Shown: positions 1 to 11,300 of the stretch, piece by piece | Position numbering within the stretch: the first letter of the stretch is position 1 | Layout of the letters: each line of letters begins with the position of its first letter | Source of the DNA: Chiloscyllium plagiosum | Lineage: Eukaryota | Assembly (NCBI RefSeq): GCF_004010195.1 | Contig: NC_057711.1 | Coordinates: 83,103,111-83,123,110 of the forward strand | Length of the DNA stretch: 20,000 bases | Direction of reading: 5' to 3' | Program-made: the position numbers and the translations under genes | Notes under the pieces: model-generated | Databases searched by the model: none | What the model was told of the DNA's origin: nothing | The model's input: only the letters and a program-made list of their open reading frames with translations

Positions 1-1139
1 TGGGTAGTTGATCTGGATGTATTCCCTTGGTTGCTAAGGTGCTTTTATTTCTCCCATTGTTTTTTTCTTTTCTATTGAAAGTTTGTTCCCTCTATTACAT
101 GTTGGAAAAAGCTCTTATAGACTTGCATCTGTTTTTGATTGTTTTTCTGCAGGAATTTTCTGCTTGGAGATTTTTCCTTCACAGCTGTTCTATTGCTTTG
201 TTGGCTGCTTGCTGATGATACAGCTCAACCAATTATCCTTTGGACAAGTTAGTTTTTTTGAGTTCTTCTTTTCACCAAATCATTCGAACTTATTTCTTGA
301 TCTTCACAACCTTTTCTGACTTTTGATTGAATCCTATCATGGTCACCATCTTTTATCATGTGGTTTTATGCAAATATCCAAGAGTTTAGGTGCAGAGCAG
401 GCTCACTGGGGAAAAGGCAGGATGAAAAACTGTCTCAGGTTCCATTAGAATTTTGCTTTTTGCATATTAATAATAAATATTACTATACATGATAAGCTGA
501 TCTGTGTCAGCCTTTAATTCACTATTATACTATTAAAAGACTACTCCCTGCATGTGTTTCTTTCAATTAATCTAATCAAATTTCACACTAACTAACTCTG
601 CTCACACTGTGCTGTTTATGGCCAGTGGGAGCTGTTCAGTGTCATGATCACAAGATTGCTCCAGGATTCTAAAATCCTTCCACAACAGATATCTTGATGG
701 TCACAGATTTTATGGAATGCTCTTTATCTTGTGGATGTGGAATGGATGACTTTGGCTAGACTTAGTTTTATTTTTCAGAAAATCACAACAAATTATTCAA
801 AGTGAATATCAAATATAATGAGGCAATTATATTGACCTCTACTTGAAAGATGAAACGAAAGCCCGGAACACTTCCAGACCTCAGCCGAGCATTGAAAAGT
901 CTAAGATGCTCTTGTGGGACTAAAGTCTCTGTCCACAATTATATAGCGGTCATTTTGTATTCATTTATCCTTTACAAGAAAACATTTGCTCAGAGAGGAA
1001 TTTGTGAAATAACCTTCCTCACTCTGATCCTACATCTACTCCACGGCAACAATGCTTTGAGAGTTATTTTGATTTGATTCACCCCTTCTTTGTGACTTCT
1101 ACTACCAGCCTGTTACTAAAGCTTGGAAAATCATAAAAT

Positions 1140-2270
1140 GTTATGACCTTAAAGAGTGTGCCTGTGCACTGAGAGTGTAATAATACAAGGTGTACTCTGG
1201 GTGGAGGACTTTAATGCCAGGAGTGGCTCAGTAGCATCATTAATTATGGTGCTGATAGAAGCCTGAAGGACAAACCTGCTGGACTGGGCTTGCAATATGT
1301 GATGCGGGAACCATCAAGAGAGAAAAAGATATTTAATCTCACCTTCTTGTGGAGGCTTCGCCCCAAAATCATTCATCATGCTGCTTGGCATAGTCATTGT
1401 GCTGGATAAGATAGATCTATTCTGAAGCTATCAGCCATATCTGTACATCCAGTTGAGGGATTGTGGGCCATCATAAGCAGAATTGTAGTAACCACAATGT
1501 GTGGCCTCATGACCGATCATATCTCTCATTTTACAATTACAATCAGAGGTCAGACCTGGTTCAAGAGTGGAGGAGAGCAGGCTTTGAACAGAACCAAACA
1601 CTTAAAGAATGAGGTGCCAGCTGGGTGAAGCTACAACACAGGACTAGACGCATGCTAAAGACGTGGAGCAGTATAGCATATTCAGACCTAAGTGATTTTC
1701 AAGCAAGTCAGAGGTTGGAAATCTGTAGTTACTAGCTTATCTCTTGAATTCCCAAAACGTATAAATCATCTTTGAGGTACAAGTCAGGAGGATGTTGGAA
1801 TACTCTACACAAGCCTAAATAAATGCAGTTCCAACAATATTCAAGAAGATGCAACCCACTTGATTGGTATCCCATCCACTAACTTTAGTGTACTGTGACA
1901 ATGATGCAAATTGTAAACAAGATGCACTGCAGCAATTTGCCAATTCTCCTTCATAGTGACTTCCAAGCTCATGATGTCTATCACCAAGGAAGATGCAGAT
2001 GTATGGGTACATCACCAGCTGCAAATTACGCTCCAAGTCACATACCATTCTCACTTGGTACTACATTCCTGTTACTCCAATATCAGAGGGAGTAAGTTCA
2101 AGATCCTCTTTGAACTTCCTTTCTTAACAGCACTGCAGGTGTACCTGTGGCAGTAAAACTGCAGCAGTTCAAGAAGGCATCTCAATATCACCTTCCTAAG
2201 GGCAATTAGAGACAGCCAACAAATGCTGATTTTGCCAGCAAATCCCTAGTACCATGAAAAAAATTAAAAA
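1140..2270 (+). mobile_element. Decayed, internally deleted CR1/L2-group LINE (ZfL3/SINE3-tail-like family): endonuclease fragment fused to the 3' end
   Basis: From ~1192 it translates as VLWVEDFN...LKDKPAGLGLQYVMREPSREKKIFNL, resembling the APE motifs GDFN and PTRG-N-LDL. The 3' part (GCAGTTCAAGAAGGCA...AAGGGCAATTAG...AAATGCTG...GCCAGC...CCATGA plus A-rich tail to ~2270) resembles the tail shared by zebrafish SINE3 and its partner LINE. Many stops and frameshifts. Confidence 0.75.
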
Positions 2271-2394
2271 TGCCAGTAAAATTGGTACATTTCTGAGGAA
2301 ATTCCTGGTTCCCGTAACTTGTTTCAGAATTCCATACACTAATTTAAAAGAATGGAGTGGGCATTGGTCCATTCAAATACTGTTTATTTGACAT

Positions 2395-2880
2395 TGACGA
2401 TATTTGCTGGATGATCGTGAGTTTGCAAAACATCATGCTGACAACCAATTTAGGATTGTTCGGCATGTTCACGTGTGATGTACTTTCATATACAGGAACA
2501 TACATATATTAACACACAGGATCATATTCTTTGCTGACAGAAAGAATATATATGCACCCTATGTCTGTTTCAGCTCAATAAAATAGGTGACAACCATTTG
2601 CTGGTTGTCAGGGCAGTGCCATGACCAATCACAGCCAACCGGCCCAGTTTAAATTTTAAAAAAGTTTGGCAGTTAACTGTCAATCAACATTAATGAATGC
2701 ATTCATCATGGCAGTACTTCTACTTGCCAACACAATCAACATGGTCCTCTTATGCACTGTAAATTGGTTTTCCCCTTGAATTGGTATTCTTGTGGATTGT
2801 CCTGATTAGTACAAGATGGTAAGCTTTATCAAAATGTGTCTTTTATCAGCAATACTCAATTTCTGGACTGTCAAATGACT
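2395..2880 (+). mobile_element. Penelope-like element remnant: C-terminus of the GIY-YIG endonuclease plus 3' terminal region
   Basis: Fragments translate as RYLLDDREFAKHHADNQFRIV and TYINTQDHILC*QKEYICTLCLF, resembling the end of PLE GIY-YIG domains (I..HL...F.I...LE..YI....P.L..Q). A degenerate hammerhead-like motif follows at 2799-2830. Confidence 0.7.
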
Positions 2881-2989
2881 AAATAAAGCATATTTTCTTT
2901 TGCTTTTCATACAGTCACTTCTTGATTACAGTAATTCTCTTGGAAAGTGCATACATTGGTAAATACTCTACTTGCTGGTGTAATTTTCC

Positions 2990-3895
2990 TTACTGCTGTT
3001 GGTGGATGGTGATGTGCAATTTGGATGTGTTGTCAATTTCTTTGCAGGATTTAACCATTGCTTATTGCCATGTCGTACAAACTAAACTGTACACAATCCC
3101 ATGTGTTTGCATGAACATCTCAGACAGGACTTTTTTGTCCTGGATCAAATTGGGATAATTGCCTGCATGTTCATTAGTCATATTCTTGTACCACTTTCTC
3201 CCCTTCTTACCAACAATGTGGTTTGACAGTGAGAGTATGAGATTGTAAGAAGGAAGAACTGTGTAGATCTGTCCTCTTGTACGATGTGCAAGTGAGGGTA
3301 AATCATTGTCAAGAGAATAGGGCATAGCTTCAATATAGCTATTCAAAAAACTTGGCACATCAGTTCACATTTAATGATCGCAAAATTTGTAGTATAAACA
3401 ATGCATTCTGCAATACTATTCAGCTGAGGGTAGTGAGGAAAAGAGGTAATATGTTCAAAACCCTATTTCCTGCCCAAGTCCTTTGTACAACAGACAGTTG
3501 TTGGGTAAGGTTTTCGAGGTACACTGAATATACTGCATATGAGTGTAAATGTGCCAACAACCATTGCACTAGCCTTATTTTTAATTTGTTGCACAGTGGG
3601 GAATTTGGTGAAATTGTCAATCACCACAATTAGTCATCATCTTGCATTGTCACTCAGAAGAATCTCATGTGGAAGGAGATGATAACACAAATATTGAAGA
3701 TATCATGTTTTGCCAACAGCCACAAATCTGTGGCAAATGATATACATGCATCCACAACAACATACCATAGAGTGAAACCACACTGCCATATTAAGGTAAC
3801 TGTATAAGAACTAGATCTGGTCATATTTATATCCAAAAAAATGTTATCTGAATGTAGAGAGACTGTTTGTATATGCACCCTTGAAAGGACTTCCA
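2990..3895 (-). mobile_element. Decayed Gypsy/Ty3 LTR-retrotransposon integrase (pseudogenised)
   Basis: Minus strand from 3633: LIVVIDNFTKFPTVQQIKNKASAMVVGTFTLICSIFSVP...GFEHITSFPHYPQLNSIAECIV, matching the rve core VDYFSKFP...IFS.FG.P...G..H.TSSP.YPQSNG.AER.V. Downstream are LPSLA...GQIYTVLP, RQLSQFDPGQKV and G*ILQRN*QHI (RRNRRHL-like). The upstream segment weakly resembles the H2C2 zinc-binding region. Confidence 0.85.
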
Positions 3896-3987
3896 TTTTT
3901 TAAAGGGAAGAGGTAGAACGTTTTATTTCAATACAGGTTCAGATCAGACACGCTTGTGTGTACTGGTGGGAATATATACTTACGTTA

Positions 3988-6035
3988 TGTGAAAACTGAG
4001 AAGTATTGAACTGTTTGGAATCTCATTGTATTAAAATTTTATCAAACGTTTGAAGGGACACTTTGTTGTTTTTATGGAAATGAGGTGGGCACTGATCCTC
4101 CTCCTGCTTACAGAAAATCACAAGACTTTGCAAAAGTAACTAGGCAAAACTATTAGAAAGATAAGAGATGGGATTTATTGCGCTTACTTTACAGAAAACA
4201 TGGCTTTATCAAAAAAGTGGTTCTGTGCTAATGGTGGCTTAGCAACCCTTTCAAGAAGAAAAACCCAAAAGCTGGAGTAAAGCTGTAAGTCTCTCTCCTT
4301 CTCTTGATTGAAGCTAATTTGTGAATCTGACGATGTTTCAGTAGTTTGAATTCCTTGTCAGCCCTTAAAAGCAGAGTTGTGACAATTATCCAGAGATTTA
4401 GACCCATCTTGATTTCCATCCAAATCAAAGCCCTATTTAGAAAATCTTCCATCCGTCCATGGCTGTCAGAAATTTGAATCCATCAAAAAAAGCCCCAGTA
4501 ATCTATATGTAATCACCAAAAATCAACATTTGTTTTTCAGACCATTGGTAAAAAGGTTTATTCCTTTCTTTTGTTCTTTTGTGGACTCGGCTCCAGGGTA
4601 GAGTATTAGTGTGGATAGAGGACTGGTTGACTGACAGGAAGCAAAGAGTGCTATTCTAGCTGGCAATTAGTGACTCGTGGTGTGTCTCAGGAATCGGTGC
4701 TGGGACCACAATTATCTACAATTTATATCGATGATTTGGAGTTGGGGACCATGTGTACTGTGTCAAAATTTGCCAATGACACTAAGATGAGTGGCAGAGC
4801 AAACTGTGCAGAGGATGTGAAACTTTTCAGAGCAACGTAGATACATTGAGTGAGTAGGCAAAGGTTTGGAAGATGGCATACAATGTTGATAAGTGTGAAG
4901 TCATACATTTTGGTAGGAGTAACAATAAAATAGATTATTACTTGAATGGTTAAAAAGTTGCAGCATGCTGATTTGCAGAGGGACCAAGTGTCCTTGCGCA
5001 TGAATCACAGAAGGATGGTCTGCAGGTACAAGAAGTAATTAGGAAGGCAAATAGAATTTTGTCCTTCATTGCTAGAGGGGTTGAGCTTAAAAGCAGAGAG
5101 GTAATGTCACAGCTGTACAAGGTGCTGGTGAGGCCACACCTGGAGTACTGTGTGCAGATTTGGTTTCCTTACTAAGAAAGAATGTACTGACACTGGAGGG
5201 GTGCAGAGGAGGTTCACTCGGTTGATTAGGTTGATTCTGGAGTTGAGGCGATTGGCTTATGAGGACAAACTGAGTAGATTGGGATTATATTCATTGGAAT
5301 TCTGAAGAATGAGGGGGGATTTTATAGAAACATAGAAAATTATGAAGGGAATTGATAAAATAGAAATAGGATGTTTCCACTGTAGGTGAAACTCGGACAA
5401 GAGGGCATGGCCTCAAGATTAGAGGAAGCCAATTTAGAACTGAACTGAGAAAGAACTTTTTCACCCAGAGGATTGTTAATCTATGGAATTTCTTGCCCAG
5501 GGAAGTAGTTGGCACTACTTCAGTAATTGCTTTTAAAGCTAAGGTCAATACTTTTTTGAAGAATACAGGAATAAAGGGATATGGTGAAAATGTGGGTAAG
5601 TGGAGCTGAGTCCACGAAAAGATTAGCCATGATCTTATTGAGTGGCAGATCAGGCTCGAAGGGCCGGACAGCCTACTCCTACTCCTAGTTCTCATGTTCC
5701 TATATTCTAAACTATCATCTCCACAGAGTCTCTGTTGTCTTTTGTGTTGTCTGAATGTTTTTGTGTTGGGATTAGAAGGTTACAAAGTTCTAGTTCTGAA
5801 TTATATTTTATATGTTAATCAATACAGCAACTTGTTTTTAAGGATGGTTTCTGTTTCATAATAAATTGATTATTTTGAGTTCATTAAAGAAGCCTGGTGA
5901 AAGTCCCTTTTATTCTGGATAACAGTGCTAAAGGAAAACAATTGACCAATTTGCTGATTCAATCAAAACATGTAAGTGATTCATACAGGACTGGGACTTG
6001 ATAACACATCTATTCCTCCTATCATATTTGTATCA
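3988..6035 (+). mobile_element. Probable solo LTR (~0.9 kb of its own sequence) interrupted by a CR1 copy
   Basis: Begins TG (TGTGA, 3988) and ends CA (TATCA, 6035). Flanked by near-duplicate 5-mers CGTTA (3983-3987) and CTTTA (6036-6040). Non-coding, with AATAAA near 5860 and an LTR-like end (..TATTCCTCCTATCATATTTGTATCA). Confidence 0.4.
4588..5708 (+). mobile_element. 5'-truncated CR1 LINE (C-terminal RT plus 3'UTR)
   Basis: Translates GVSQESVLGPQLSTIYIDDL...SKFANDTK (decayed GVPQGSVLGP and FADDTK), then NVDKCEVIHFG, LYKVLVRPHLEYCVQ and RKNFFTQR. Ends in a CR1-type tail CCTACTCCTACTCCTAGTTCTCATGTTCCTATATTCT. Confidence 0.95.
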
Positions 6036-6240
6036 CTTTAAGGCAGTCACATGACATCATGACGGCTGATATGTCAGTATAAAGATATCCCGGCTCTCCT
6101 GCAGTCACTGTTTCAGTGTAATGGAATTGGTGTAGTCAGTCAACTGTATGTATGTGTAATGAACAGTAACAGCAATAAACATAGAACCTTGCAACCGCAA
6201 GGAATGGTAAACTCAAATGTTTGTTTTTCTTGATACATAA
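6036..6240 (+). repeat. Possible 3' part of an older LTR (TATA-like box and poly(A) signal)
   Basis: TATAAAG at ~6078 and AATAAA at ~6174 with LTR-like spacing. It may continue the segment 3914-3987, which follows a polypurine tract (AAAGGGAAGAGG, 3902-3913). Confidence 0.25.
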
Positions 6241-6254
6241 AGACTGTATGGTAC

Positions 6255-6326
6255 TGCTTTAATATCTGTGAACATAGATAAAGTTTTTTTTAATGAATAA
6301 AGTATATTTTTTGCAATTAAGAAAAA
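6255..6326 (+). mobile_element. Short 3' tail of a Tx1/L1-like LINE
   Basis: TTTAATGAATAAAGTATATTTTTTGCAATTAAGAAAAA: AATAAA, GTATATTTTT and an A-tail. Assignment is by recognition of the tail only. Confidence 0.45.
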
Positions 6327-6486
6327 GTCTGTGATATTATCGCATGTTCGTAGTGTTGTTAATAAACTTCAGATATCTAACTCAGGAAGAAACCAATTTT
6401 TTGTGGCATATTTGAATCAAATTAATGCATAGTAAATCACAAAAAGCATCACAAAAAGTGACATGAAGTAAACTTTAAAATCCACA

Positions 6487-6672
6487 AGTGGTTAGGATCT
6501 GGAAGGATCTGCTTGAGAACATGACAAAGGCAAAATCAAAGGAGGCTATTAAAGCAAAATTGCATTTTTATCTGTGGAGAAAGTGAGTCAAGATGAGTTG
6601 CTTTTGCAGAGAATCTGCATGCACACAAAATACTAAATATCATTGCCTTTGCACATAACCATTCTACGATAT
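6487..6672 (+). mobile_element. Highly decayed CR1 3' end
   Basis: GTGGTTAGGATCTGGAA (VV..WN-like) through a terminal TAACCATTCTACGAT resembling the (ATTCTATG)n CR1 tail. Confidence 0.6.
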
Positions 6673-7155
6673 TAGATTGAACAGTTATTATTTCCTCCCG
6701 AACTACATTTGCAAAAGAGGGACTTATTGCTTCTACACTAAGTGAAATCTACTTGTCAGCTATATTGCAGTGATTTCTGTTTGCAAAATCTTGACTGCCT
6801 GTGATCTTTGCAATATGTTGTACACTTTTAAAAGATCCTAGCATGCTCAGTTGAATAGCTGAGAGGGTTGGGTGAAGCCTCAGGACCCAGGTGCGGGAGA
6901 GTATCAGAAGTGCAAAGTTGAGTAAATAAGCTAAAATCAGAAATTTTGTAATTTGATCATCATAATTCTCCTATTAGGTTGAGAATCTTACATGCTTAAA
7001 AGATAGTAAGAGGTTGTGGAAAGGATATAGCAGTTACCACTTTTAAAATCTAATGGAATGAAATGAAGATAAACTCAAAGATAGTGAGGACTGCTGTTTT
7101 TACCATAGTGACATGCAGGGAGAAGGCAATATCTGTGGAATGACATAACTGGAGC

Positions 7156-7505
7156 ATCATAGAGACATCAGAGCAGGAGTAGACCACTGAGCCCCTTGAA
7201 TCTGTTCTACCATTCGATGTTTATGGCTGATCTGTGGCCTGACTCCATATACATGCCTTTGGCTCATATTCCTTAATACCTTTGCTGAACAAAATATTAT
7301 CTATCTCGGATTTAAAATGAACATCAATTGCTGTTTGTGAAAGAGAGTTCCAAACCTCTACATTCTTTGTGTGAAAAGGTGCTTCCTAACATCTGTCCTG
7401 AATGATCTGGCCCTAAGACTATTCTCAGACTATTCCCCTTAGTGCTAGGATCCACAACCACTGGAAATAGTTTATCTTTAGTTACTGTCTTTTCTTGTTA
7501 ATATT
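7156..7505 (-). mobile_element. CR1 3' end (older copy)
   Basis: Reverse-complement CR1 tail GAGCAGGAGTAGACCA...ATGGCTGATCT...CATATTCCTTAATACC...AGAGTTCCAAAC, homologous to the 3' end of the 4588-5708 copy. Confidence 0.85.
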
Positions 7506-7507
7506 AA

Positions 7508-7943
7508 GCCATAGAGCCATACAGCACAGAAACAGACCCTTCAGTCCAATCAGTCCATGCAGAGAATGAACTGGATTAATCTAGCCACACCTGCTGTTCT
7601 TGCCCCACATCCTTCCAAACTTTCCCTATTCATGTCCTTATCTAAGTGCCTTTTAAATGTTGTAACTGTGCCCGCATCCACCACATCCTCTCAAAATTCA
7701 TTCCACGTGAACAACCCTCTATACATAAAAATGGCCCCCATGTCTTTTTTAAATCTCTCTCCTCTCACTTTAAAAATATACCCCTTAGTCTTGAAATTCC
7801 CCATCCTATGGAAAATATACCTACCATTAACCCTATCTATACCCTTCATGATTTCATAAAACTCTATAAGGTCACCTCTCAAACTCCTATGCTCCAGTGA
7901 AATAACCTCCCAGCCTATCCAGCTTTTCTGTATAACTCAAACC
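7508..7943 (-). mobile_element. CR1 3' end (CTCTATGA-tail subfamily)
   Basis: Starts CATAGAGCCATACAGCACAGAAACAGACCC. Minus ORF 7691-7882 reads RGDLIEFYEIMKGIDRV...KVRGERFK, typical of the CR1 ORF2 C-terminus. Confidence 0.92.
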
Positions 7944-8099
7944 TCTTCTACTCCTCACTATCTCATCTAAAACAATAAAACCCCATAATAATGATTTGTC
8001 AGTCCTGTCCCTCTTAAAAGATTTAATTATTGGAATTCTCTGTCCCCACCAATATTTTCAAAATGTAATTACTGAGATTGTTCAAAACACAAATCTACA

Positions 8100-8245
8100 A
8101 ATTTCTGGAGACTAATGGCATCAAGATGTGTGGGGATAGTGTGGAAAAATGGTGTTGAGATCGTTGGTCAGCCATGATCTGATTGAATGGTGAAGAAGTC
8201 TTTTCAGACTGAATGGCCTACTCCTATTCCTAAGCTTCAATGTTC
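8100..8245 (+). mobile_element. Short CR1 3'UTR fragment
   Basis: ATCAAG...GGGGATAG...CAGCCATGATCT...TTGAATGGTG...GAATGGCCTACTCCTATTCCTA, homologous to 5570-5700. Confidence 0.85.
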
Positions 8246-8970
8246 GTAATATAACTTGTACATGTCCATTATCATGCCAGTTGTAGTGATTGGAAACAGG
8301 GCCAGATGGATCTCATTCACTATGAGATCCTTGATTGGGGTTGTCAGCCTCGGCCAATCAGCAAGCCCTGGCTAACAGATATAAACAGGAGCTGCTCCTT
8401 TCTTTGAGATATTTTAAGTGTTGGAGCTGATTTCCTTGAATTTAGGAGCACTAATTATTGTTTTATAAGCTATTGCATTGTTTTGGAACTATGGGGAAAA
8501 TAAAATCCAAAAAGAGCACTTTAAAAAGGAGAAAGAGAGACAAAGGTGATAATCACATGGGAAGTGAAACAAACAGAGAAATAAACCTGCACAACTGTCT
8601 GGCCCAGCAGTGAACCTGCACAGCTGACTGCCTCTGCGGTTTCAAGTAATTCTGGACATCAGAGTTTGTTAAAGGAAAATAAACAGACAGCGAAATTCAC
8701 AGTTGACCTTGGAGAAATCTGTGTGGGGAAGCTCACAGGAGGGAGCAGCTAAATGGCTATTTTTAAAGAATAACCTTACTGTTTTTCTTTTGTAAATTTA
8801 CAATAGTGAGTAGAGTCTGTTTTTTTTTGATTATATGATTTTATTGAGATCTGTCTTTTGATTAAACATTAAAAATATAAGAACATACGTACTACATTAG
8901 CCTGGAGCAGTGTTTTTAGAGCAGTAAGACTGTACTATTTTCTGGACCTGTAGATTGTTAAGCTGCAAAG

Positions 8971-9895
8971 GTGCCCTATAGTACAGTGATGAACTCTTCC
9001 TACTGGATGTGGGAGGTTAGGGAGGTTTTCCACATTACTGATGATGATGATGTCGGCAGGAAGTATGTTTGGTTGCGAATCCTATCAGAACGCATGGATC
9101 AGTTGGAGCAGCAATTAGAGACAATGAGGAATTTACAGGAGCTGGGGGTGGTGGTGTGATGGATGGCAGTTGCAGGAAAGGATATAAATCATAGATACAG
9201 GTAAATGGGTTGTCTCCAGGAAAGGTAGGAGAGGGAGGCAGACAGTGCAGGAGTCTCCTGTGGCTATTCCCATGTCAAGAAAGTATGCTGTTTGGAAAAT
9301 GTGGGGCGCTGATGGACTCTCAGGAGAATGTAGCACTGACAGGTTTCTGGTACTGAGACTGGCTCTAATGTAATGAGGGGTACATCGGGTTCCAAGTGAT
9401 TGATTGTGATGGGAGACTCTATAGTCAGAGGCACAAACAGATGTTTCTGTAAATGACAGTGAGACATCAGAATGGTGTGTTCCTCCCTGGTGCCAGCATC
9501 AAGGATAGCTCAGAGAGGGTGCAAAATATTCTCAAAGGGGAGTGGGACCAGAGGAGGTCATTGTACACATTAAAACTAATGAGATAGGCAGAGAAAAGGA
9601 CAAGATTCTGAGGAGAGAATATAGGAAGTTAGACAGGAATTTAAAAAGGAGGCCCTCAAAGGTAGTAATATCTGGATTACTCCCAGTGCTATGAGCTAGT
9701 GAGGGTAGGAATAGGAGGATAGAGCAGAGGCTGAGGATCTGGTGTAGGGGAGAAGGGTTCACATTTTTGGATAATTGGAATCTCTTCTGGGGTAGACGTG
9801 ATCTGTACAGGAAGGATGGATTGCACCTGAATTGGAAGGGGATTAATATACTGGCAGGGAGATTTGCTAGAGCTGCTCAGGAGGATTTAAACTAA
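8971..9895 (+). pseudogene. CR1 ORF1p pseudogene (decayed zinc finger, coiled coil, SGNH/GDSL esterase)
   Basis: SSYWMWEV...RKYVWLRILSERMDQLEQQLETMR (decayed CxxC...CxxC plus coiled coil). Esterase blocks IVMGDSIVRG (~9403), VIVHIKTNEIG (HIGTND-like), VVISGLLPV and DLYRKDGLHLNWKGINILAGRFA, ending LN* at 9895. Contains stops and frameshifts. Confidence 0.9.
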
Positions 9896-10020
9896 TAAGG
9901 TAGATGGTGGGACCCAGGGAGATAAAGAGGAAAGAGATCAGCCTGAGACTGGTAGAGTTGGGAAAGGGAACAAGTCAAACAGTCAAGGCAGGTAGGAACA
10001 AAGCAGAGAACAATGTAGGA

Positions 10021-11300
10021 CTGATAAACTGTATTTATTTCAATGCAAAAGGCCTTATAGGGAAGGCAGAGGAACTCAAGGCATGGTTGGGAATAATAGG
10101 ATATCATAGCAATTATAGAGATGTGACTCAGGGATGGAGTGGACTGGCAGCTTAATGTTCCAGGATACAAATGCTATTCGAAGAATAGAAAGGCTGGGGG
10201 TGCTATTAGAGGAGGGGGAGTGGTGTTTTTGATTAGGGATAACATTATGGCTGTGCATGAGGAAGATATTCCTGGGAATATGTCCAGGGAAGCTATTTGG
10301 AAGGAACTAAGAAATAAGAAAGGTATAATCATCTTATTGGGATTGTACTATAGACACCCCTAGAGTTAGCTGGAAATTGAGAAATAAATTTGTAAGGAGA
10401 TTTCAGTTACCTATACAGATAAAAGGGTGCCAATAGTAAGGGATTTTAACTTTCCAGACATAGACTGGGACAGCCATAGAGTTAAGGGCTTGGAAGGAGA
10501 GGAATTTGTCAAGTGTGTAGAAGAAAACTTACTGATTCTATATTTGGATGTACCTATTACAGAAGGTGCAAACCTTGACGTACTCTTCAGAAATAAAGCT
10601 GGGGAAGTGACTGAGATGTCAATGGGGGAGCACTTTGGGGCCAGTGACCATAATTCTATTAGTCTTAAAATAGTGATGGAAAGGGATGGACCAGTTCTAG
10701 AAGATGAAGTTCTAAATTGGAGGAAGGCTCATTTGATGGTATTAGGCAAGAACTTTCAAAAGTTGATGGGGGGGGGGGGGGGGATGTTTGCAGGTAAAGG
10801 GATGGCTGGAAATTGGGAATCCTTCAAAAATGAGATAATGAGAGTCCAGAGACAGCATGTTCCTGTTAGAGTGAAGGATAAGGCTGGTAAGTGTAGCGAA
10901 TGCTGGGTAACTAGATAAATTGAGGTTTTGGTTAAGGTTAAGAAGGAAGCATATGTCAAGTATAAACACCAGAGACTGAGTGAATCCCTAGAAGAATATT
11001 CAGGCAGTAGGAGTATCAGAGGGCAAAAAGTGGACATGTGATGTCTTTAGCAAACAAGGTTTAGGAGAATCATTACAAATACATTAAAGAGAAAAGGGTA
11101 ACTAGCGGGAGAATAAGACCCCTTAAAGATCAGCAGGCCGCCTATGTGTGGAATCGTAGAAGATGGGGGAGATACTAAATGATGTATTTTGCATCAGTAT
11201 TTGCTATGGAGAGGGACATGGAAGATACAGAATGTACGAAAATAAATAGTGATATCTTGAAAAATATCCATATTACAGAGAAGGAGGGACCAGATATCTT
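10021..11300 (+). pseudogene. CR1 ORF2p N-terminal pseudogene (APE-type endonuclease plus tether)
   Basis: CIYFNAKGL, DWQLNVPGY, RGGGVVFLIR, GLYYRHP, RDFNFPDIDW, GASDHNSI and LNDVFASVF motifs are spread over several frames. Confidence 0.92.

Larger units (their letters stand above)
8391..11300 (+). mobile_element. 5' two-thirds of a CR1 LINE: 5'UTR, ORF1 and ORF2 endonuclease/tether; RT core missing
   Basis: ~580 bp leader followed by ORF1 and ORF2 motifs in the normal order. Homology breaks at ~11300, just before the expected KSPGPD motif. Confidence 0.92.

Noticed and set aside
1..340. Purine-rich minus-strand stretch that looks coding-like, plus hydrophobic plus-strand ORFs 27-215 and 83-319
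   Set aside because: Minus frames contain several stops and no recognisable domain; the plus ORFs reflect T-rich composition. Possibly a decayed element, but unassignable.
760..970. Plus-strand acceptor (ttttatttttcag at 778) followed by a CpG-retaining patch with two small hairpins (887-911, 912-938)
   Set aside because: All three frames stop within ~70 nt with no recognisable peptide; 6-8 bp stems are expected by chance. A conserved non-coding element cannot be excluded without alignments.
5291..5695. 134-aa minus ORF and similar ORFs (7557-7859, 11589-12005, 15519-15905, 19664-19936)
   Set aside because: These are antisense shadow frames of CR1 3' ends, not independent genes.
10427..10918. 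Longest ORF (163 aa) as a possible cellular nuclease gene
   Set aside because: It is a fragment of the disrupted CR1 ORF2 endonuclease.
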